From Felis catus (Eukaryota), in assembly GCF_018350175.1 (NCBI RefSeq), contig NC_058368.1:62560001-62624000 (forward strand): a stretch of 64,000 nt of DNA, given 5' to 3'. A model generated the notes under the pieces. The model searched no databases and was not told the origin of the DNA. It saw nothing but the letters and a program-made list of their open reading frames with translations. Positions 53,541 through 64,000 of this stretch are shown here, piece after piece (positions within the stretch are counted from its first letter, which is position 1; each line of letters begins with the position of its first letter). Made by a program: the position numbers and the translations under genes.

Positions 53541-53706
53541 TGGCAATAGATGTGTAAAATTCTGTCCAACAGTCTGTTCAAATGACTTTCATCTATCACC
53601 ATGTAAACATCCTTTATTGTGTCTATTTTCACAGTCGTTTTGAAATTCCTAAACTGTAAGTACGTCTGTTCTTTGGATTCTTTATTAAACTGGTTAAAAC
53701 ACCATC
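53541..53706 (-). CDS. Candidate exon (166 nt): WCFNQFNKESKEQTYLQFRNFKTTVKIDTIKDVYMVIDESHLNRLLDRILHIYC
   Basis: Acceptor gttcattattag|GA, donor CCA|gtaatt. 54 open codons in one frame only, with globular-protein-like composition. Confidence 0.45.
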
Positions 53707-54615
53707 CTAATAATGAACTAAATACAATATTTAACACATTTTAATTTTTTAAGTTTTTTTTTTTTTTCATTTTGAGAGAAGATTTAGAGGTAAATAAAGT
53801 GCTGATTTTAAATAATGGATTCCATTGGAGTTGGACAGAAAGAAGAAATGGGGATAATTTTGAATACAAAAAGGCATTCAAAACCAAATACAGAAGGTCT
53901 TCCAAGAATATTTACTTCCTCACAAGGTCAACAGAATGATATTCAAAAAATTTAGGCTAAGAATGTGATGATGGATTTTATCTTTTTTTTTTCATTCCAG
54001 ATGCTGAAAAAAAAATAAGCTTAATGATGGCAAGGTGATACATGGAAACTGATTAGGAATAATTAGAGAAAAAACATTACACAGATATTTATAAGAACAT
54101 CTTGAACATATAGTTCAATGTATATTCACTAAATAAATGAGTGAGTGTGGAATAAGGAATCCAAAATAACTCCTCAAACTATGGATTATGCAACTGGGTG
54201 ATAGCCAGTGCTATTTGGAGAAATAGGGTTTATCCTATAAGAAAATCTCAAATATGCTTAAATGTCGATAATACACAATAAAGAAAAAAATAGAGAAAAA
54301 AGTAGTAACAATCAATAACGTTCATCCAGAGAAAGTAGAAGAAATTAAATACAGAGCCTAGGGCTCTGTACAGTTAAGACACTGTATCCCTTTTCCCATG
54401 TGAAAGGAGGGAGAGAGTGTAAGGGTACAAGTTTATGTATTTAGGTTGGTGTATTTAGATGTGGAGAGTTAAAGGAGATGCAAGAGTTTCTGATGAAAAA
54501 AGGAAGTTTGCTGATTTCATTAACCACTCACATTCTGTAACTCACTAGAGAACATGGAATTGGGCTGGTTGCTTAGTATTTCTGAACTTTTTCCTGAAAA
54601 GTACAATGGTATAAA

Positions 54616-54820
54616 GTAGTATTTCTCAAATTTTAGTTTTAGAAGACTCACCTGGATAACCTGTTCAGCCACAGATTCCAGAGAAGTTGGGTTTTGTTTT
54701 GTTTAACTGTTTTCTTTTGTTTTGTTTTGTTTTGTTTTTAATCTGGGATGTGGCTTGAGAATATGCACTTTCTATCAGTTTACAAAAATAATTCAGGCCA
54801 CAATTTGAGTTACACTTCTA
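54616..54820. mobile_element. MER5-like hAT-Charlie MITE
   Basis: agtatttctcaaattttag...tcacctgg...tctgggatgtggcttgagaatatgcactttcta...ccacaatttgag. Confidence 0.55.
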
Positions 54821-55413
54821 AGGGTAGGTAATGTGATCTCACAGAGATAATGAGATACCGTATATAAACGTTACTTGGTATATAGGAGGCAATCAAGTAT
54901 CAGTTACTTTTCTCATCTCAATGAATATTTGCTTGTTGCTGACATCTGAACAGGTATAAAAGTATAAGGAACTGTTTTGTCATTGAGCTAAGTGTATTGT
55001 GTCTATGTTGCTTCCCTCCAAAAAAATCAGGATGTTTAAAAATATGTTCAAACAATAAAACTACTAATACAGAATGTTTATAAATAACACTATAGGAATA
55101 ACAGAGAACCATATATGCCATCATATATATGAGTCATAGATATATAAGTATATGAGAATACATATATAGTCACTGTAACTGAGTATTCAATTTAGCTCTG
55201 TTTAGGTACAAATAAAACTATAATGGTTTTATATAACTTTTGTTGTGTAATAAAAGAAAAAATCAATTCCTCAGGATAATTAGTATTATTTTTTAGAAAT
55301 GACTTTTAAAAGGAATTTATCACTTGGGACCTTATTCAATGAATATTGAACAAAACAATAGACAATACAGTTAAAGGTACTTTTGTAGTTAGAGATTTAA
55401 TAGTCATATAAAG

Positions 55414-55719
55414 TGGTGAAAATTGAATTTAACTTGGACTCTGTGCTCCCAAAGATTAGTGATGGTAAAACACATCTCCTCCCACACTTTTGTGTTCCAA
55501 AAAGAACTAACCTCAAAAGAACCACCCTTCTCCATATAACTTACTGTCCATGGACTCTCATGAGTGCAAAGATAACTCCCTTGTTTATCTGTCTGTATAA
55601 AACTCTAGGTCCCCTCTTTTTCTTTGAGGGCTTCCTCTTTAAAGGGCATTCTTCCTGTGCAACAAAGCTGAATAAAATCATCCTCTTAATCAGTCTTTCA
55701 CATTATCTTGATGCTGCAT
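55414..55719 (+). mobile_element. Solo ERV LTR-like element
   Basis: TG..CA ends, TATA-like gtataaaa (~55595), AATAAA (55671); no clean TSD. Confidence 0.55.
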
Positions 55720-55778
55720 AGGTATTGGGAGGATAACATGAAAGTATTTTTTCTTTCCAAGGTCTCAACCTTACTCAC

Positions 55779-55799
55779 TTGGCTAACTTCTTTTTTTCC
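55779..55799 (-). other. Candidate 21-nt microexon GGAAAAAAAGAAGTTAGCCAA
   Basis: Acceptor ctttctttaatag, donor gtgagt. Confidence 0.4.
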
Positions 55800-57214
55800 C
55801 TATTAAAGAAAGTTTAGAAAATAGGTCGGACAGCTAATTCCCATTACTTTTTTTTTAAGTTTGATTCTTATACATATATTTTGTGAGTCTTAAGGCTTTA
55901 AGCTTTCCCAAGTCTTGATGTTTTTATCTGTACATACTTAGTGTTCTAAAACAGAGAGAATTGCAAAGTGATTTTTGTAAAGGTGAAAGGATAACGAGGT
56001 AAAATTGAAGAAAGGAAAAAGAAAAAGAGTAAAAAGATAGCTTCAGGTTTTTGTTCTCTACAGGTCTTTAGTCTTGACTTGCTATTTTTTTTTCAAAATC
56101 TTCCATCTATGAGCTAAATATTTTGTGGTGTCCATTTCCATAGAAAAGAGTTCATTGTGACACTTCTATTTGCATATTCTGGCTTACTGTCTGTACTACC
56201 TGTCCTTTTCTGGTGATAATGAACCAAGAAGTTCCACTTTTAACATTTAAAAATTTGGGTGTTGGCACTTTCTGTACCTAAGTTTAATTTTCAATTCCCT
56301 TCCTTAGACATTGTCCAACTTACATATTTCAAACACTTTTCTTTGCTTCAGAAAATAACAAAGATTTTCTTCACTCTATTTTCCTTCAAATCTGAAACTA
56401 ACTGAGCTACTCTACTAAACAAAGGCACTATTCTATTAACATGAGAAACACTTCAACCTATAGTCCTTTCTGGAATTCTACTCAGGTGTCTTGATCAGGA
56501 TCTCCTCAGACTCATAAAATTGTACATAGCAACCATGTAAGCTAAGAGAATGTGACACTCATACAAGATGAACTATTCCACTTATTTACTGATACAGCAG
56601 TTAAATTGTCACCAACACATAAAACTGGTTGGTATAGATGTCAGAACTTTTGTTTTTATGTCCTATATTTACTATTAATCATTAACACTCTTATTCTCTT
56701 AACTTGTTCCATGACAGCAGGTTTGTTTCTTATAATACTTGGTGAATTATATTTGCTGAGATCAATGGAGATATGGCCTCTGTTTCATCTTAACACAAAG
56801 TCATTCTTTATTTGGCATAGTAACTATAGTTATTGAAGTGATCCTTAAACAGCATTGAAACAAACAAATAATATACTATCTTTTGAAATATTGTTTCCAT
56901 TCATAAGTAGATCTCAAAAATAACATTCTCATATTGTTTAATTATATTATGAATGATTACGCAGAAAAAAAGAGGACACAAATTTTAGCAAAATATTTCA
57001 AATCAAGCATTTACAACACTGCATGTAAATATCCTCATGAAAATTGCTATATTTCATATAAACTTTTCATTAAAATGCTAGAAGAAATGTGAAAATATTT
57101 CCTCCATTCTAACTGCAGGCATTTTTTATTAGCCACTTTACCATAAACAGATGTTCATTTTAGATCTAATATTTATTTGTGAAGTTGATAACAAGTAGAA
57201 ATTAGTCTTGGGTA

Positions 57215-57432
57215 GGGGTGTCTGGGTGGCTCCATCAGTTAAGCTTCTGACTTCGGCTCAGGTCATGATCTCAGAGTGCCTGAGTTCGAGCCCTGTGTAG
57301 GGCTCTGTGATGACAGATCAGAGCCTGGACCCTGCTTTGGATTGTGTCTCCCTCTCTCTCTGTCCCTCCCCCCACTCACGCTCTGTCTCTCTCTTTCCAA
57401 AGTAAATAAACATTAAAAAAAAAACTAAAAAA
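57215..57432 (+). mobile_element. Can-SINE
   Basis: 19-bp TSD tagaaatta(g/t)tcttgggta. Confidence 0.93.
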
Positions 57433-57620
57433 TAGAAATTATTCTTGGGTAAAATACATCATCATTTTACAAAATTTTAGTTAAGTTTGAGTTTATCACA
57501 TCTTGATGTTCACACTGATGCAGGAAGAAGCATTTGAAACATCAGATAGTTGCCAGTTATAAGAAACTAAAATGTGAATATTTAGTAAAGTTAAATTAGA
57601 TGCTTGTGCTGAGAACTTAC

Positions 57621-57948
57621 TGTTCAAGGTGTTCATAGTTAATCTCCTTAGAAAGTATTATTTAGGCTGCTAAAGATTTAAATAAAGAAGATATGTAATT
57701 AGTAACATGTCCTGGAGCAAAGGAAGACTATTGAGACTAGAAATCTGTCATTAGGGAACTCTGTTTATTGAAAGGCTTATTAGTAACCTTAATTTTAGAA
57801 CTGAAGAATTTTTTAAAAAGACCAAGATTAACTATTAAAACAGAGCACAGTATGTAAAAATATAAACAGTCCCTCTTATTTTACCTGAAATGAAGAATAA
57901 TTTTCTCCATATATAACTTAGTTTAGATTTCATGTAGCTAATTACTGA
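57621..57948 (-). other. Candidate exon pair 57885-57948 (64 nt, SVISYMKSKLSYIWRKLFFIS) and 57621-57669 (49 nt)
   Basis: ttttttctgtag / CAG|gtaaaa and atctttag / CA|gtaagt, separated by a 215-nt intron. The second exon has a stop in every frame. Confidence 0.4.
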
Positions 57949-58853
57949 CTACAGAAAAAATAGTAAAAATGAAGTTCTCAATAAATTTTGGAAAACAATC
58001 ATCAGTTGTTTATTGAATCTAGGGAATTATCTGGTAGTCACGAATGCATATTCCTTTTGACCAGAAATCCACTTTTCCTACAGAAATAAAAGGAGCAGTT
58101 ACTACACATCTCGCAATATCATCTGTGATAATAAAAACAGGAAATGCTCCTAGCACCCATCTCTAGGGTGATTGTTAAATAAAATATATTATGTCTATGT
58201 TATAAAACACTTAGAGGTATTTCAAAATAATGATACAGATCTATATGTACTAAAATGGAAATGAGACTGTGAGGATTTAACTGGAAAAAAACACAAATAA
58301 TAGAAATGCTATATTCAATATTTATAATAAAAACAAGTTGTGTGTGTACATATATGTGTAGTGTGATTATAGATCTCTAACTCAAGTGTCCAAAAATGTA
58401 ACTTTTAAAATCTTCTCTGTAATCCAATTTAATCTTTAAATTGTCAGTTGGTGGAAATTTAATCTCAATGAATTTAGGAGTTTATCAGTCAATTTAGCCT
58501 AACTTTGGTCTCCCCAGATGTTCCATGCAATCCTGGGATCTTCCATAGTGCTAAGGCATTGGTGAAGAGTGAACATATAATCCTTGTTCCTTAGAATCTA
58601 TTCATGATGGTATCTGCTAAGATTTATTCATCATTTATTTATTTGATCATCTGTTGTCACCCCACACAGTTGGAATTTATGGTTCCCTTGACTGTGAGAG
58701 CAATGCTCTTATGAATAAACAACTTTTGAGTAAGAAAATTTGGAGATGCTTAGGTAGCAAAGTTAATTGTGGAGGATGTGTCCAGGTAATCACTCTTCTC
58801 CCAGAATTAAGGAACAAAAGCAGAGTAGTGGTAAGATACAAAATTACTCTTTT

Positions 58854-59064
58854 GGGGGCACTTGGGTGGCTCAGTTGGTTAAGCATCAGACTTTGGCTCA
58901 GGTCATGATCTCATGTTTCCTGAATTCTAGCCCTGCATTGGGTTCTGGCTGATGGCTCAAAGCCTGGAGCCTGCTTAGGATGCCTTGTCTCCCTCTCTGT
59001 CTGCCCCTCCCCCGCTCACACTCTGTCTCTCTCTCTCTCAAAAATCAACATTAAAAAAATTTTT
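58854..59064 (+). mobile_element. Can-SINE
   Basis: TSD aattac(t/a)ctttt. Confidence 0.9.
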
Positions 59065-60272
59065 AATTACACTTTTCTTCACTAATTAACATCAACCAAA
59101 ACTAGTTCAAGCCAACATGGGTTCAGGTTAGAAATACAGTCAATTACAACTAAATTTACTACTGATAAACTCTTTGTAATGAATATACTTTTTAACATAA
59201 GGCAGTATTTTATTTTATTTTTGTTTTCATTTGATAGTTCAATAGAAAATGTGAAAGGAATTCTTTCAAAGCATTTGCCAAATTTAAGTGGGAGCTGGAA
59301 ATTCCAATAGAAAGTAACTGATAATGGGCTAAGAAGCTGAGCACAAATTTTGGCTTTCACAGATTATGGGCTGCTGAGACAAAAATTAAAGAACATTCCA
59401 ACCAGAATAAATAATAGAAAAACTGGGTAGTCCAGTATCTACTAAAATATAAATATATAACTAAATATTTCTAATTATCAAATCCAAGATGTTTTCTCTG
59501 CCAAATTATACACATACACATATTTCTTTCCCCCTTGGCTTTATGAGGTCAGCAAATTCTTGATTCCAAAATCTGACAAGGATATCAAGAGAATGAGAAT
59601 CAGCAGACAACCTCTATCATAATCATAGATGAAAAATCCTAACCAATATATTAGCAAACTGAATCAAGCTATATGTGAAAAGAATAATTTAAGTGTCGTG
59701 ACCAAGTGAAGTTTAAATCCAAGAGAAGGTAAGAGTTACAAAACTTTAACTCAAAACATAAAGAGAAAATGAAAAAAAGATTATCTCAAGAGGTACCGAC
59801 AACTAATGTGATATAATTTAACATTCACTGGTGATAAAATCTGTTAGCAAACTAGATTAAAATAAAGTTAGGGTGCTTTTTTAAAAATAAACGGGAGGTG
59901 TATGTATATCAGGAGCCAGAAACCTTGGGACCCTTATAGAATTCTGCTTCCTACCTGTAACTATCAAAAATTGTCAGCATTCAATATATTCAATGGTAGG
60001 GGTTTTTCCCTAAGAATGGAAACAAAATGTCCATTCTCACAACTTGTCTTTAAAACTAACTCTTATCCAATGCAATAATGCAAGACTAAGAAATGGAGAA
60101 CACAAAGATTAAAGAGGAAAAAATGAAAATGTCGTTTTTCCAGACTCAAGATACTATACATAAAAATTTCAAAATAATCTGCCCAAAACAATTGGTATCA
60201 ATAATTGAATTTATGAAGTGTGCTGAATGAATTCAAATGAAGATCAATATATCATTAAAATAATTTAAAATT

Positions 60273-60484
60273 GGGGCACCTGGGTAGCTCAGTTGGTTGA
60301 GTGTCTGACTTTGGCTCAGGTCATGATCTCATAGCTCATGAGTTTGAGCCCCATGACAGGCTGGGGTCTGTGCTGACAGCTCAGAGCCTGGAGCCTGCTT
60401 CAAGTTCTGTGTCTCCCTCTCTCTCTGCACCCCCCCACTCACGCTCTGTCTCTATCTCTCAAAAATAAATAAACTTTAAAAAAA
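60273..60484 (+). mobile_element. Can-SINE
   Basis: TSD aataatt(t/c)aaaat. Confidence 0.92.
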
Positions 60485-60780
60485 TAATAATTCAAAATGA
60501 AATTAATAAATGAGACCATTCACCATACCCTCAAGAAACTTCAATACCTAGAAATAAACCTAATGAACATTGTTCAAACATTCCACTTAGAAAACTACAA
60601 AATACAGAAAATGAATGAAGCATAAATGCTTTCACTATACATTTTCATGAATTGGAATACTGAATGTTTATAAGTGTCAATTCTCCCAAAATTTCTCTAT
60701 AGATTGAAGGCATTCTCAAAATCACAGAATTTTGTTTTGTTTTGTTTTGGAATATGGCAAGTACATTCTAAAGTTCACAT

Positions 60781-60996
60781 GGGGCGCCTGGGTGGCTCAG
60801 TAGGTTAAGCGTCTGACTTCAGCTCAGGTCATGATTTCATGGCTTGTGAGTTCCAGCTCTGCATCAGGCTCTGTGCTGACAACTCAGAGCCTGGAGCCTC
60901 TTCAGATTCTGTGTCTTTCTCTCTCTCTCTCTGCCCCTCCCCTCCTCACACTCTGTCTCTCTCTGTCTCTCAAAAATAAATAAATATAAAAAAAAT
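60781..60996 (+). mobile_element. Can-SINE
   Basis: TSD taaagttca(c/t)at. Confidence 0.93.
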
Positions 60997-61301
60997 TAAA
61001 GTTCATATGGAAATCTAAATATTTTGAAATCCAAGAAGCTATAGCATCAACAATGAAGCCGATGGAAAATTGGCACTCGAGAAAAAAGAATATGTAAAAT
61101 ATCCTCGAGACATGAAAAAGTTACTCAAACTTGTGAGCCATCAGGAAAATCCAATTTAAATCCCAATGGTAAACATGCCAACAGAAATTAATAAAATTCA
61201 GAAACCTAACAAATAACAAATTGTGGATACGGTGGTAATATTTATGCCAAACCTGGTAGGATTCTATATGTATCCAATCATTATGAAAAACTATTTAGCA
61301 A

Positions 61302-61693
61302 TGTCAACCTTAAATAAAACAAATGGTAATTTGCTAATTAAGCAAAGATGAGTTTATTCAAGAATAGCAGAGGAACTGCAATTCAGGACAAGCAAACTAT
61401 GGCAAACCACAGGCAAGTCCAAAGAGACAAAGAGGATGCTAGAATTTATTAGGTTCTAGGAGGAATACAGAGGGTTATTTTGAACATTTCATTGGAAGAG
61501 AATGAGAGTTTGAGTTTATGGCAGTTTCTCACTGGCTGTCAGTGGTGGGCAGTTTGCTGTTACTGAGGCATGTAGAAATCTTCCTTCTTCCTACTGGTCA
61601 TGTGAGTTGAAACAAATGGTACCTGCATAAGACCTCTCCCTTCATGGCTTCTTGACTCTATTTTAAATCAAGTTTCCTTTACTCCTTTTCACA
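61302..61693 (-). mobile_element. ERV1-type solo LTR inserted in L1
   Basis: TGTCAAC..TTTCACA ends, 4-bp TSD gcaa/gcag, minus-strand AATAAA (agtttatt); the L1 resumes afterwards. Confidence 0.75.
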
Positions 61694-63330
61694 GCAGTAT
61701 CTTATAAATTAGATGATTATGTACCTTCCAGAACCAGCACTTCTACTCCCTGGCACATTTCAATCACAAATGAATAAAAATATGACAAAATGATATATAT
61801 GTATATTTATTGAAGCATTATTTGTTATCACCCCAAAACGGATATGAACAACTCTCCTGCAATAGTAGAGCACATATATTTTGGGATGAGGACACAATGC
61901 AGTATTATATAATAACATAAAGGCAAAAAAAGAAAACAAAACATGTTACATGCAGTAATGTGATTAAATAACACACACATAATATTGCCAGAAAGAAGCC
62001 AGACAAAAAAGTAAAAATTGTAAAATTTCAATTATAGAAGTTTTAAAACTGGTAAAAGCTAACCCACGATGCTAGAAATTAGGATAGTGATTATCTTTGG
62101 AGATGAGTGTGGATAACTGGAAATGCCCTGAGTTTTGCCACTGATGTCCTCGGGTTCTTGATCACTGTGTTGATTACATATATGGACATGTTTACTTTGG
62201 AAAAATAAACTCCCCACATATGACTTCCATAACTTTTAATGTATTTTATTCTTCAATTAAAATCTTAAAAACTCAGGCTATTATTAGACAGATATCATTA
62301 GAACACTCTATTTTTGAAGGAAAAGAAAAGTTCAGGCATAATATATCAACATTATTCTGCTACATCGTATTATTTTTAAAAAACAGGCATCTGCCATTGA
62401 ACACCTCCTATACTTGTATGACACCCAACCATACATCTTCCCTGGCACCCCATGTAGGAAGAACAGTATTCCAGCTGTTCTTTGCCTGTCTGAAATCTAT
62501 TCCTGAATAATTCCAGCTGGCCTAAATGCAAATCTAATTTTACAGAGGTGATTCTTAGAAGCAACATCAAAGTCTTAAAATAGCGGCTAGTAATGAGACC
62601 CAACAAATAGAGGCAAACTTTACATATCATCTACACTCAAATTAGTGCACAATCTGGTCACATATGACAACAAATTGTTTCCAAGACATTACAGTGCTGT
62701 ACCCAGATGCTTATAATCAAATCTGCATGGTGATCAAAGTCAAAAGTCCTACACCTGTATTACATTCTGTTTGATATATTCAAAATGACTCTCTCATAGT
62801 AATAAATTAAGGGCAGCAAAAATGTTTGCAGAGATGGTGGCAATATACTCTGGAAGGAAGAACGTGGATATCAAAATTTCATAGCAATTTGCCAGGGAGT
62901 GTATCCTTAGATGATTCCACTTCACACCATGCTCCACCCACATTTGTCCAGTATTTCTATCTCTGCTGATATTGTTTATAATCCCTCCCTTTATATGTGC
63001 AGTTATTTCACTGGTTTCAAGTTAATAGATGTTATTCTATCTTAAGGCCAATTTTATGTGCATACCAGTAAATTCTAAGGCCACAGAGTTAGTAACAGTT
63101 GACTATAAATACACTGATATAATATTTTTCATCTTTAATAGTATACTATAGGACAAAGCAGGTAGCATACATAAGTAGATGATTAAATAATTAAATAACC
63201 AGTAATGCACTAATGCAGTTGATATAAGCACTAATTCCTTCTTATCTTTTTTACTTTCCCCCATCCTTCCCAAATGGGTGAATGGCAGCCTATCCTTTTC
63301 TGAGTTCTACTGCAAAAAATAAAAAATAAA

Positions 63331-63552
63331 AAATAAGTCGTTTATTTATTTATTTATTTATTTATTTATTATTTGAGAGAGAGAGAGTGCACAAGCAGGG
63401 GAGAGAGCAGAGGGTGAGAAAAAATCTTAAGCAGGCACCATGCTCGGTGCAGAGTCAGAGGCAAGACTTTATTTCACAACTAGGAGATCATGACCTGAGC
63501 CAAAATCAAGAGTCGGATGCCTAACTGACCAACCGAGTCACCCAGGTGCCTC
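63331..63552 (-). mobile_element. Can-SINE with (TTTA)n tail
   Basis: TSD cta(c/t)tgcaaaa at 63307 and 63555. Confidence 0.9.
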
Positions 63553-64000
63553 AGCTATTGCAAAATTGTTGATCCGACATCAATCCCTCCATGTTTGGTG
63601 ATTTTGTCATCTTGGTGTAGTATTTCTCCAAACATATCTTTGATCCAGTATTTTCAGCATAAGGAAAATGATTCATTCCTTTCCTAGTTGAAGATTTTCA
63701 TTGACTCACTTTCCTTTGGCTATTCCCTGGTGTTCCATTCTACAAAGCAATGTTGTGGTAAACCAGAAGCCACAAAAAACTGCCCTCCAGATACATATTT
63801 TTAAATATGTTTTAAAATTATATCTTTTACTTGATATTTACAAACACCGACTTCTGCAATCTCCTACAAAGATGAAAAGCTCAGCTAAGAACAGACTCAA
63901 TCCCACATGGTAACTGCTGGACATGGACAGTGCAGAAAGCTATCTTTTTCAGTAGGGCACATACCCCTAGTTAGCAGCAGCATCCATTTACATGATGATT

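Larger units (their letters stand above)
59540..62270 (+). mobile_element. Ancient L1M ORF2 and 3' end, interrupted by two SINEs and an LTR
   Basis: atcctaaccaatatattagcaaactgaatc; aatacctagaaataaacctaa; gtcaattctcccaaaattt. Confidence 0.75.
33936..63683 (-). pseudogene. Candidate multi-exon gene or decayed unitary pseudogene, unidentified
   Basis: Minus-strand AG..GT-bounded segments at 63255-63683 (SINE-interrupted), 62435-62521, 57885-57948, 57621-57669, 56458-56541, 56324-56391, 55779-55799, 54908-54945, 53541-53706, 51552-51595, 50206-50259, 49267-49303, 37512-37614, 35611-35746 and 33936-34016. Four have GTAAGT/GTGAGT donors plus pyrimidine-rich acceptors. Single in-frame stops occur in several upstream segments. 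Confidence 0.5.

Noticed and set aside
54918..54920. In-frame TGA in the 38-nt candidate exon as selenocysteine
   Set aside because: No SECIS identified, other candidate exons carry TAA/TAG stops, and CGA-to-TGA decay is simpler.
1..64000. CRISPR arrays, operons, rRNA genes or CpG-island promoter
   Set aside because: Mammalian CpG-depleted DNA with no repeat-spacer arrays; CpG-rich patches occur only in young SINEs.

Overview
Mammalian genomic DNA, almost certainly felid, judged from about 25 tRNA-derived Can-SINEs (some of the young SINEC_Fc type) and a young carnivore L1. The window is AT-rich and repeat-dense: L1s of several ages, L2/MIR relics, MaLR/ERV solo LTRs, an essentially full-length Tigger1, hAT relics and many microsatellites. 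Almost all ORFs in the supplied track are repeat-derived or chance. The main non-repeat signal is a chain of about 14 short minus-strand segments (~63.7 kb down to ~33.9 kb) bounded by canonical AG/GT splice sites. The last three splice in phase into an uninterrupted 93-aa charged ORF, followed by a ~4 kb stretch with no repeat I recognise, which may be a 3'UTR. The upstream segments can be chained but carry isolated stops and need frame adjustments. This looks like a multi-exon gene or decaying unitary pseudogene that I cannot name. Repeat family names come from recalled consensus motifs, not a database search.
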